Assembly: GCA_934772045.1 (NCBI GenBank)
Contig: CAKVMH010000002.1
Span: forward strand, 219,062 to 283,061
Reading direction: 5' to 3'
Length of the DNA stretch: 64,000 bases
Origin: an uncultured Clostridia bacterium
GTDB lineage: Bacteria > Bacillota > Clostridia > Christensenellales > UBA1242
Part shown: piece after piece, positions 19,138-27,056 of the stretch
Layout of the letters: every line of letters begins with the position of its first letter
Numbering within the stretch: the first letter of the stretch is position 1
Notes under the pieces: model-generated
Told to the model about the DNA's origin: nothing
Seen by the model: the letters and a program-made list of their open reading frames with translations, nothing else
Databases searched by the model: none
Made by a program: the position numbers and the translations under genes

Positions 19138-20871
19138 ATGAAAAAAATAATTCCAATTTTAACATTACTTTCAGTGCCTGTTATGTTATGCGCGTGCAAT
19201 ACAGACAATGAAAAAGCATACACAACTTATGATAACTACAAAACAAACATTAATAATTTTCAAAAAAACTTAATTAATTACGCAAACAATAGTGAAAATG
19301 GGCTTTCAAAATTAACTTTAAATAAATATAAATTAACTTTTGCATTGCCGGAAAATAATTTACCTATTGCAACTCAACCAGCTAATGAATTAAATGAAAA
19401 TAACGAAAATGAGTTGAATAAGAATAACGAGTTAAACAAAACAAACGAAAATGGACAGGCAGACAAAAATATAACTACCCTTCCAAACAAAGATTTTAAA
19501 CCGGTTGATATAGGAAGTGGTAACAAAAATTCAGAGCAACAAAACAATGGTAATGAAAATCAAAATGAAGACACAAAAACAGACATTGACCCAGACCAAA
19601 GCAAAGCACTAGACGAACAACAACCAACAATTTTGCCAAAGCAAGAAACACAGGATAAAACCAACACAACACCAGCCAGTCAAACCGACTTCCAAAAAAT
19701 TTCAACTCTTTACACTTTAACAAAAGATGTTGACAATGAGTGCAACGCTTACTGCCAATTAAAAACCAGTTTAGTCAACGCTATAACAGAAACAAACAAA
19801 TTGATTGACATGGTTAACAATAATGAACTTGAATTGACAAATGAACAACGCCTTTTCTTAACCGAGCAATCACATCAATTAAAAAATTTAGGCAGGCAAT
19901 TAAGCACCGCTACAACTCAATTATCATTCAGTTTGAACGATTTAAACACAGCAATTTCTAACCAAACAGACATTGACCAATTATCAATGAAATATTTAAT
20001 CGTTTTGGAAAATCTGGTTAATGGCAATGAAATGTTAGAAAACAGCCTATATTCTCTCAATTTAATCAATCAATTAATGCATATGCCAGCAACCTCAAAT
20101 AGCAACAATACTGGCAGAATTTTGTATGGCTGGCAACAGAATGGTCAACCGCCAATCGTTTATGATTATTTATTAGATAAAGACGGCAAATTGATTAATA
20201 ATGAAGAAAATAAATACGAAAATGATGCGAACAATACTAATGACAGTGAAAAAAATGCTGACGATACCCCAAAACAAACCGAAACAAATCAACCAGTTAA
20301 GGAAACCGAAACAAGCAACGATAACACAACTAAAAGGACATGGTTAACCCCTAATATTGACACTTACGGGAATTACAGGTCTAACATCGACACATTTTAC
20401 AACACTGCCCTTTTAAACCGCTTCAACAATGGTCGTTACGGTTACGGAATGAACGGGTTTAATGGTTATTACGGCACATATGGAGCTTTTCCAAACAATG
20501 GAAATGGGTTTTATGGTTATAATAACATGAACAATGGTTACATGCAAAACAACCCATATTTTAACAACAATTTTAACAATTCTAACCAAAATTTAAACTA
20601 TAACGATAGTACAATAAATAGCGACCAATCAATGTTAAACACACAAGATAATGTAAACACAAACAAACCAGCACGAAAAAAGAAACAATTTAAACTCAAC
20701 AAAAACATTGACACATATCGCGACGAAAACACGCCTACACCAGCACAAAGATTTTCAAACATTAAAGATTCAGTGTCGAATTTCTTTTCAAAGTTTCGTA
20801 AACCTGAAAAGGATAAAATCAAAAACCCAATTTACGAAATGAAAAATGAAGAAAATTCAAAAATTAAATAA
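19138..20871 (+). CDS. N/Q-rich low-complexity lipoprotein, function unknown
   Basis: Signal peptide with a lipobox-like VMLCAC. 577 aa dominated by N, Q, E and K, with a Y/G/N-rich C-terminal region. Confidence 0.6.
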   Translation: MKKIIPILTLLSVPVMLCACNTDNEKAYTTYDNYKTNINNFQKNLINYANNSENGLSKLTLNKYKLTFALPENNLPIATQPANELNENNENELNKNNELNKTNENGQADKNITTLPNKDFKPVDIGSGNKNSEQQNNGNENQNEDTKTDIDPDQSKALDEQQPTILPKQETQDKTNTTPASQTDFQKISTLYTLTKDVDNECNAYCQLKTSLVNAITETNKLIDMVNNNELELTNEQRLFLTEQSHQLKNLGRQLSTATTQLSFSLNDLNTAISNQTDIDQLSMKYLIVLENLVNGNEMLENSLYSLNLINQLMHMPATSNSNNTGRILYGWQQNGQPPIVYDYLLDKDGKLINNEENKYENDANNTNDSEKNADDTPKQTETNQPVKETETSNDNTTKRTWLTPNIDTYGNYRSNIDTFYNTALLNRFNNGRYGYGMNGFNGYYGTYGAFPNNGNGFYGYNNMNNGYMQNNPYFNNNFNNSNQNLNYNDSTINSDQSMLNTQDNVNTNKPARKKKQFKLNKNIDTYRDENTPTPAQRFSNIKDSVSNFFSKFRKPEKDKIKNPIYEMKNEENSKIK

Positions 20872-20921
20872 ATTTCCAAAATTTTATAAACAAAATTCAA
20901 AGATGGCAAATTATTAGCAAA

Positions 20922-21644
20922 TCATAACTGCATACCATCTCGCATAAATTGCAAAACTTTATTTTCAATACGGCTCACTTGAACTTGGCTCACGCCAAGT
21001 TCTTTTGCTATCTCGCTTTGCGTTTTATCCAAATAATAGCGCATTATAATCACTTGTTTTTCGCGTTTATCCAATTTTTCAATCATTTCACGAAGTGTCA
21101 GTTTATCAATATAGTTTTCTACATTAAATTTATCCGCCACCTTATCAGACAGACAAACACCGTCCTCCTCATCGTCAAATTTTTCATTCAACGACAAGGG
21201 GTTTGTGTTGGCCTCCATCGTGAAAATTAAGTCAGTTTTATCCATATTAAAGGTTTTCGCCAGATGCTCCACCGATGGCTGTTCCCCATGTTTTTTAACA
21301 AATTCAGCAATATAATTTTTTATTATAATCGCATTGTGCTTAATGCTACGTGAAACTTTAACACTTCCGTCATCACGCATAAACCTTTTAATCTCACCCG
21401 CTATCATAGGCACTGCGTAAGTTGTAAATTTAACGTTAAAATTAGGGTCGTAATTATTGATGGCCTTAACAAAGCCCATTGACCCTAATTGAAATAAATC
21501 GTCATACTCAATTCCTTTATTTATATACCTTTTAATAACGCTCTTAATAAGCGGAGCATTAAAGGTTATTAACTTTTCTTTTGCATCATTATCACCGAGT
21601 TTTGCTTGCTCCAACAACTCAGCGGTTTGACTGCCAGTAAGCAT
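20922..21644 (-). CDS. sigF: Sporulation sigma factor SigF
   Basis: Sigma-70 regions 2-4 (DLFQLGSMGFVKAINNYD, TYAVPMIAGEIKRFMRD, QSEIAKELGVSQVQVSRIE). Third gene after spoIIAA-spoIIAB. Confidence 0.9.
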   Translation of the reverse strand: MLTGSQTAELLEQAKLGDNDAKEKLITFNAPLIKSVIKRYINKGIEYDDLFQLGSMGFVKAINNYDPNFNVKFTTYAVPMIAGEIKRFMRDDGSVKVSRSIKHNAIIIKNYIAEFVKKHGEQPSVEHLAKTFNMDKTDLIFTMEANTNPLSLNEKFDDEEDGVCLSDKVADKFNVENYIDKLTLREMIEKLDKREKQVIIMRYYLDKTQSEIAKELGVSQVQVSRIENKVLQFMRDGMQL

Positions 21645-22073
21645 TTAGCACACCTCGGCATTGTCAATCTTTTTAGTCATATAGACGGTTAAACCTTCCT
21701 TGTTATTGCTAACTTTAAGTTCGTCCATAAATGCTTCAATAACGGTAAATCCCATTCCGCTTCGTTCCTGCTCTGGCTTAGATGTGTAAAAAGGGCTTAG
21801 CGCTTTTTTAATGTCGACTATGCCGATACCATTATCAATAACTGAAATGTGAATTTCATTATCCTTTATGCCCATTTTCATTGTCACCCAGCCTTGTTTG
21901 TTTGGATAGGCATGCACAATAGAATTGGTTACCGCTTCACTAACTGCTGTTTTAACATCTTCAATCTGCTCTAACGTAGGGTTCATTTGTAACAAAAATG
22001 TCGCTGCCACAGTGCGCGCAAACGCTTCATTTTCAGGCACTGCTTTAAACTTAATTTCCATCATATTTTTCAT
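21645..22073 (-). CDS. spoIIAB: Anti-sigma F factor SpoIIAB (serine kinase)
   Basis: Start moved to ATG 22073 (AGGAAGG upstream). HATPase_c motifs (EAVTNSIVHAY, DNGIGI, GMGFTV). Confidence 0.9.
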   Translation of the reverse strand: MKNMMEIKFKAVPENEAFARTVAATFLLQMNPTLEQIEDVKTAVSEAVTNSIVHAYPNKQGWVTMKMGIKDNEIHISVIDNGIGIVDIKKALSPFYTSKPEQERSGMGFTVIEAFMDELKVSNNKEGLTVYMTKKIDNAEVC

Positions 22074-22083
22074 AATTACCTTC

Positions 22084-22395
22084 CTAAACAATTTTGGGCA
22101 TAATTTCATAAAGCCCAGACATCTTAAATATTCTTTCCGCCGTTCTGCTTGGGTTTGAAATAAAAATTGGCTTGTTATATTCTCTCATCTTTTTGTATCT
22201 CCCTATCAAAACACCAACCCCAGTGCTGTCCATAAAAGTAAGTTCACTTAAATCTAGCACTATCTGCACAAAACCCTTTTCAGTTTCAAGTAGTGCGTCC
22301 AGTTCTTTCCTAACCGTTTTTGCTGTATACTCGTCAAGTTCACCAGAAAGTAAAATATATAAAGTTCTATTCATAATTCTCGACTTGATTTGCAT
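22084..22395 (-). CDS. spoIIAA: Anti-sigma F factor antagonist SpoIIAA (STAS domain)
   Basis: Start moved to ATG 22395 (AAGGAGG upstream). LSGELDEYTA....L.FMDSTGVGVLIGRYK includes the phosphorylatable Ser context DSTG. Confidence 0.9.
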   Translation of the reverse strand: MQIKSRIMNRTLYILLSGELDEYTAKTVRKELDALLETEKGFVQIVLDLSELTFMDSTGVGVLIGRYKKMREYNKPIFISNPSRTAERIFKMSGLYEIMPKIV

Positions 22396-22533
22396 ATGAC
22401 CTCCTTGCAAATATACTAGCAAAAACAAAATTAAAAAAAATGGTAACATTTGTAATAATGCCACCATTTTGTGTTGTAATTTGTTGAAATTGTTTAAGTT
22501 GTAATTTTGAAAATTTTTGTAAACAAAATTAAC

Positions 22534-23562
22534 CTAAGTTAAAAAGTAAATAAGCAAAAATATCCCGGCAAGTAAACCGCAAACTAAAAGCACTGTGAAG
22601 AAAATTGCCCACCCATTTTTAGGCAAACTGCCAACTTTACCTGTTTGACCATTCATAAGGGCTTTGTAACGCTTATCTTTATATGTTGTGGTAAATAAAT
22701 AAACCGGCAATAAGCAATAGTTGTATTTTGCGTTATTATAATCTGTGTTTACAGTAAGCGAAACAACACCGGTACAACCATGCTTGGATAAGATTGCATT
22801 TTCAATTTCGCGTTTCATCATTGATTTAGCCGTTGCAACGCAATCATTGAATAATTTGTCTTGATATTCTAAAACATATCCGTTTATAAAATCTGTTTTA
22901 AAATCAACAGCCGACAAATAGTCAAACGGCATAATTTCAGCTAATTCTGCTTGGTTTAAATTAGAATTTGCTTCAATTGTCAAATTCCTAAAATCTTTAT
23001 CAATTGAACCTGAAACAACCTTCCTAATTGTCTTAGTGCGAGTTGTCCCATCGCTATCTTTCACTGTTTTTTCATATGTCAAAACGCCGTCGTAAATAGT
23101 TGAACTGTCAAAATCAAAAACAAATGTATTAACGTATAAGCCCATAACGTTTTCTTGTGTTATGCCCTTAAATATCTTTTTGTTTGTATAAAATCGCTTA
23201 AAATTTTCCTTTTTGAACATATTTATTGCATCAGCTTTGCCAAATGTAAAAGGAACAACCGAATCAATATACATCAAATTCTTGCTTTTGCTAGCAACAA
23301 TCGTTTCACTGCCACAATACATACACTTGTTGGTTGCTTGCAGTTTGTTAATAATGATGTTTGCCCCACACGATTTGCATTTTAATTGACGTGTTTCATT
23401 CGCTAAAGGGTCAACTTCAAGTGACACATTTTGTTCAAGAGGCTTTTTTACAAATACATGGTTATACTTAACATTTTGTGCATCACCACACATTTCACAA
23501 ACATTGCTTTTGCTTTTAGGGTCAAAATATACTATACCCCCACAATTTTTACATTTTCCCAT
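22534..23562 (-). CDS. Zinc-ribbon protein with three CxxC pairs and a C-terminal TM anchor, function unknown
   Basis: CKNCGG..CEMCG, CKSCGA...CMYCGS. The last ~30 aa are hydrophobic. Confidence 0.55.
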   Translation of the reverse strand: MGKCKNCGGIVYFDPKSKSNVCEMCGDAQNVKYNHVFVKKPLEQNVSLEVDPLANETRQLKCKSCGANIIINKLQATNKCMYCGSETIVASKSKNLMYIDSVVPFTFGKADAINMFKKENFKRFYTNKKIFKGITQENVMGLYVNTFVFDFDSSTIYDGVLTYEKTVKDSDGTTRTKTIRKVVSGSIDKDFRNLTIEANSNLNQAELAEIMPFDYLSAVDFKTDFINGYVLEYQDKLFNDCVATAKSMMKREIENAILSKHGCTGVVSLTVNTDYNNAKYNYCLLPVYLFTTTYKDKRYKALMNGQTGKVGSLPKNGWAIFFTVLLVCGLLAGIFLLIYFLT

Positions 23563-23674
23563 GTTGTTATTTTAACAAAAAAGTAAAACTTATGCAAATA
23601 TTTTCACAGTTTAAATTTTAATTGAATAAGTTTGAAAAAAAACATATTTGATGTTAATCTAGCAATTATGACAT

Positions 23675-23698
23675 AAAAAAACTCCTATTTCTAGGAGT
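23675..23698 (-). terminator. Terminator (duplicate copy) after the tRNA-Thr fragment
   Basis: Minus strand ctccta-gaaa-taggag followed by T6. Identical to the copy at 23788-23810. Confidence 0.75.
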
Positions 23699-23702
23699 AT
23701 TA

Positions 23703-23739
23703 TGGAGCTAGTGAATGGAGTCGAACCATCAACCTGCTG
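23703..23739 (-). pseudogene. Orphan 3' half of tRNA-Thr(UGU), from the anticodon-stem 3' strand to CCA
   Basis: 37 nt identical to 23816-23852. There is no matching 5' acceptor strand, D-arm or anticodon upstream. Confidence 0.85.
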
Positions 23740-23787
23740 TATTAAGGAAATACGTAGTTTTGACGTCAATCCAGCAGCCATTTCAAA

Positions 23788-23810
23788 CAAAAAACTCCTA
23801 TTTCTAGGAG
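23788..23810 (-). terminator. Terminator after tRNA-Thr(UGU)
   Basis: Minus strand ctccta-gaaa-taggag followed by T6, a few nt after the tRNA 3' end. Confidence 0.75.
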
Positions 23811-23815
23811 TATTG

Positions 23816-23890
23816 TGGAGCTAGTGAATGGAGTCGAACCATCAACCTGCTGATTACAAGTCAGCTGCTCTGCCATTGAGCCACACTAGC
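23816..23890 (-). tRNA. tRNA-Thr (anticodon TGT)
   Basis: Reverse complement GCTAGTGTGGCTCAATGGCAGAGCAGCTGACTTGTAATCAGCAGGTTGATGGTTCGACTCCATTCACTAGCTCCA. Anticodon loop CT-TGT-AA. Confidence 0.9.
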
Positions 23891-23955
23891 ATATTGATAT
23901 ATTAAATTATTTTTGTTGCTTTGTCAATCAATGAATGACTATTTTCCACTTGGAG

Positions 23956-24040
23956 TGGTGGAAGGGGATGGATTCGAACCATCGAAGACGAAGTCGACGG
24001 ATTTACAGTCCGTTGCATTTGGCCGCTCTGCAACCCTTCC
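23956..24040 (-). tRNA. tRNA-Tyr (anticodon GTA), long variable arm
   Basis: Reverse complement GGAAGGGTTGCAGAGCGGCCAAATGCAACGGACTGTAAATCCGTCGACTTCGTCTTCGATGGTTCGAATCCATCCCCTTCCACCA. Confidence 0.9.
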
Positions 24041-24064
24041 ATAACGCACTTGCATAAACAAGTG

Positions 24065-24140
24065 TGGTGGCTCGAACCGGAATCGAACCAGTGACACAAG
24101 GATTTTCAGTCCTTTGCTCTACCGACTGAGCTATCGAGCC
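24065..24140 (-). tRNA. tRNA-Phe (anticodon GAA)
   Basis: Reverse complement GGCTCGATAGCTCAGTCGGTAGAGCAAAGGACTGAAAATCCTTGTGTCACTGGTTCGATTCCGGTTCGAGCCACCA. Confidence 0.9.
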
Positions 24141-24149
24141 TTAATAATT

Positions 24150-24226
24150 TGGCGACCCGGAAGGGGCTCGAACCCTCGACCTCCAGCGTGACAGGCTGGC
24201 GCTCTAACCAGCTGAGCTACCGGGCC
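24150..24226 (-). tRNA. tRNA-Asp (anticodon GTC)
   Basis: Reverse complement GGCCCGGTAGCTCAGCTGGTTAGAGCGCCAGCCTGTCACGCTGGAGGTCGAGGGTTCGAGCCCCTTCCGGGTCGCCA. Confidence 0.9.
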
Positions 24227-24256
24227 AAATTAAAATTAAGTTATTGCCTTTAGGGC

Positions 24257-24333
24257 TGGTGGGCCTTCACGGACTTGAACCGCGGACCGACCGGTTATGA
24301 GCCGGTTGCTCTAACCAACTGAGCTAAAGGCCC
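24257..24333 (-). tRNA. tRNA with CAT anticodon; elongator type, probably tRNA-Ile2 (lysidine) rather than Met
   Basis: Reverse complement GGGCCTTTAGCTCAGTTGGTTAGAGCAACCGGCTCATAACCGGTCGGTCCGCGGTTCAAGTCCGTGAAGGCCCACCA. Pair 1-72 is Watson-Crick, so it is not an initiator. The 5' half closely resembles Bacillus tRNA-Ile(CAU) as I remember it. Confidence 0.8.
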
Positions 24334-24391
24334 TTGTATGTTGAGTTAACAACTAAGCAAGGTAAATCCGCACTCGTCACAATGCAGAAAA

Positions 24392-24467
24392 TGGTCGGGG
24401 TGAAGGGACTCGAACCCCCGGCCCCATGATCCCAAATCACGTGCGCTACCAACTGCGCTACACCCCG
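24392..24467 (-). tRNA. tRNA-Pro (anticodon TGG)
   Basis: Reverse complement CGGGGTGTAGCGCAGTTGGTAGCGCACGTGATTTGGGATCATGGGGCCGGGGGTTCGAGTCCCTTCACCCCGACCA. Confidence 0.9.
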
Positions 24468-24481
24468 ACGATTACTTTTCA

Positions 24482-24510
24482 ATAATACAATATTCTAAAA
24501 ATAATGTCAA
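24482..24510 (-). promoter_or_regulatory. Sigma-A promoter of the tRNA operon
   Basis: Minus strand TTGACA (24510-24505), 17-nt spacer, TATTAT (24487-24482), about 15 nt upstream of tRNA-Pro. Confidence 0.6.
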
Positions 24511-24646
24511 TGATTTTTTTAAATATTTTTGAATTTTTATTTAATTTGTTCTAATATTATTAGATTTTCGTAAGAGTGTATCATTTTATTCATTCACATA
24601 AAATTTAACATTTACTTTCTATAACTTATTCCTTTTAAGCGTAAAA

Positions 24647-25093
24647 TTAATCTATTTTAACACGCTTTTGTTTATGTTTGCATTCGTACATTTTTTTATC
24701 TAACTTATCAATAACATCAACCACATCTTCACCATTAAAGCCAAATTCATAGGCATACGCAAAATTATTTTGACTATCACAATAATTTACAAAATCGTCC
24801 TTTTTATCATTATCAACAATAATAAAAAATTCATCACCACCGTATCTTATAGCAGTGCCAAAACGGGAAAGTTCTTTCCCTATTTTATTAATATATTTAT
24901 CACCTTCAAAGTGTCCATATTTATCGTTGATTTTTTTAAGGTTGTTTACATCTGTAACAGCCAAATTTAATGTTGTTTTTTGCAATGTTTCAATATAATG
25001 TTTATGGAACCAATTTCTATTATAAAGCCCGGTCACGACATCACAGTATGCCATTTTTATCAGTTTATTATAAGTTTTTCTTTTGATGAACAT
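24647..25093 (-). CDS. Stand-alone minimal GGDEF-domain protein (putative diguanylate cyclase), no sensor domain
   Basis: 148 aa. DVVTGLYNRNWF, VTDVNNLKKINDKYGHFEGDKYI, RYGGDEFFII. No RxxD I-site is visible 5 residues upstream of GGDEF. Confidence 0.8.
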   Translation of the reverse strand: MFIKRKTYNKLIKMAYCDVVTGLYNRNWFHKHYIETLQKTTLNLAVTDVNNLKKINDKYGHFEGDKYINKIGKELSRFGTAIRYGGDEFFIIVDNDKKDDFVNYCDSQNNFAYAYEFGFNGEDVVDVIDKLDKKMYECKHKQKRVKID

Positions 25094-25234
25094 AATTTCT
25101 CCTGAATAAATAATTTATTAATTTTTTAATTAAAATAATACAATATTCTAATAAAAATTTGTTTTGTTGTTGCAGAATTTACTATTTCGTTCGCAAACTT
25201 AGATTGTTTTTAATAGTTAAATTTATTAGCATAG

Positions 25235-26065
25235 TTATAGCCAGGTAGGTATTATTTCAAATGTTTTGCTGTTTAAATAAGATAAATTTATATCTTTTTT
25301 AAACTTAAATGCCAAATAATTTGCGGTTAGATGAAGCTGTTTTTCATTGTCTTTGCCGTACTTGTTATCGCCCACAATTGGGTACCCATAGTATGCGATA
25401 TGAGCGCGTATTTGGTGCGTTTTGCCTGTTACAAGGGTTGCAGTCATAAGCGTGTTGTCGCCACGATATTCAACAATGTCAAACTCGGTTACAATTGGCT
25501 CATACCCAGTCGTTTTTAACTCACTAATCCAAACTTTACTTAAACTATCAACTTTTTTAAGGTAGACAGTGCGCTTAATTTTTGTTATATCTACCCTGCC
25601 ATGAACAAGCAAAGCATATTTTTTTATAATGCCGTTACGTGTTTTAAATGCAGATAAAAGCGAGCGCTCACTAGCTTTATTTAACGCGAAAATAACAAGC
25701 CCTTCGGTGTTGCGGTCTATGCGATGAACTGGCAAAACGGTGGCATAATTTTGCTTTAAAACAGCCACAAGGTCACGCTCTGTTTCACTTGCAACTTCAA
25801 TACCTGCGCGTTTATTTACAATCAAAACATTTTCATCAGCGTACACCAAAGTGTACCATTCTTTTTGTTCTTTTTCAGTGTAAAAAACAACTAATTTATC
25901 GCCAATATGCAGGTCAATATCTTCTTTTACGCGCGCATTATTAACTTTAACATCTTTGTTTGCTAAGATTTTTACGACATTGAAGCGGGAAAGGAAAGGC
26001 AATTCATCAATAATTGCCTTAATTAGCTTTTTGTCTGATTTAACTTCAAATTCTATCTTTTGCAT
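25235..26065 (-). CDS. RluA-family pseudouridine synthase
   Basis: S4-like N-terminus; catalytic motif HRIDRNTEGLVIFA; TGKTHQIRAH. Confidence 0.85.
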   Translation of the reverse strand: MQKIEFEVKSDKKLIKAIIDELPFLSRFNVVKILANKDVKVNNARVKEDIDLHIGDKLVVFYTEKEQKEWYTLVYADENVLIVNKRAGIEVASETERDLVAVLKQNYATVLPVHRIDRNTEGLVIFALNKASERSLLSAFKTRNGIIKKYALLVHGRVDITKIKRTVYLKKVDSLSKVWISELKTTGYEPIVTEFDIVEYRGDNTLMTATLVTGKTHQIRAHIAYYGYPIVGDNKYGKDNEKQLHLTANYLAFKFKKDINLSYLNSKTFEIIPTWL

Positions 26066-26153
26066 TGTATTTAAGTTGTTTTAATTTGTTAATTAATATT
26101 TTCTTTTAAAATAGGTTTATAAATATATCAACGTTAGCACTCTTTATTAAACA

Positions 26154-27014
26154 TTATTTGTTATCGGCAAAGTATAAATCACGCATGTATTTTGCGCCGA
26201 TTTCTTGGCTTTCACTTGCTTCACTAATTATCCAAGGTGTTATATTCATTTCGTGTAATACTTCAACAAATTCTTTTAAATCTGGCTTGCCAACACTTCC
26301 GTCAGCCATGTTTTGCCCGTGAACTAAATGATGCATTTCGCCCTTGTCGTTATATTGAATGGTGTAAGCATGAAAATGAATATGCTCGAATTTTTCAGGT
26401 ATCTCAGCCTTAATTTTTTCAAGCCTTGTTTTGATTGCATATTTATCTGTCAAACTACCCAGTTCTCGCGCATGCAAATGTGCAATATCAATGCATGGGT
26501 AACAATATTCGCAGGCTTTACAAATTTCAATAATCTCGTCTAACGAGCCCAAATTCGCAGTCTTACCGCCAATTTCTGGATAAAAACGGACATTGCCCAT
26601 ATCAATTGATGATGTAATTTCATTTATTGCGTCAATCAGTTGCTTTATCGCTACACGCCTACCTTCAGGTGTATTATCGTGCCCACCACCTGGGTGAAAA
26701 ATAATGCGGTTAACGCCCACCGATTTAGCAAGTTCAATGCCTTGACGCATATACTCTTTGCTTTTCTCAACACTTGGCGTGTTTTTACTACCTAAATTTA
26801 CATAATATGGTGCATGTATTGAAAAATGCATGCCCTTTGCTTGTTCGTTTAAATATATTGCTTTATTCGCGTCACTAATTTTAAAACCGTAAACGCATTG
26901 TATTTCGTAAGCATTGAGCCCTAATGCACGCAACCAGTCAAACAAACCAGCAAATTTACCTTTATAGTTTGATGGTGTGCCAGCAACGCCAAAAATAGGT
27001 TCTTGTTCTGCCAT
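26154..27014 (-). CDS. TIM-barrel protein of the xylose-isomerase-like / endonuclease IV (AP endonuclease 2) superfamily
   Basis: 286 aa. HAPYYVNLGS, IIFHPGG, IDIAHLHA: a metal-ligand pattern like Nfo-type enzymes. Confidence 0.6.
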   Translation of the reverse strand: MAEQEPIFGVAGTPSNYKGKFAGLFDWLRALGLNAYEIQCVYGFKISDANKAIYLNEQAKGMHFSIHAPYYVNLGSKNTPSVEKSKEYMRQGIELAKSVGVNRIIFHPGGGHDNTPEGRRVAIKQLIDAINEITSSIDMGNVRFYPEIGGKTANLGSLDEIIEICKACEYCYPCIDIAHLHARELGSLTDKYAIKTRLEKIKAEIPEKFEHIHFHAYTIQYNDKGEMHHLVHGQNMADGSVGKPDLKEFVEVLHEMNITPWIISEASESQEIGAKYMRDLYFADNK

Positions 27015-27056
27015 AAATCTCCTTATTTATACAACTACACTTTTTTATTAAGCAAA

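Noticed and set aside
23902-24099. 65-aa ORF on the minus strand
   Set aside because: It lies across tRNA-Tyr and tRNA-Phe.
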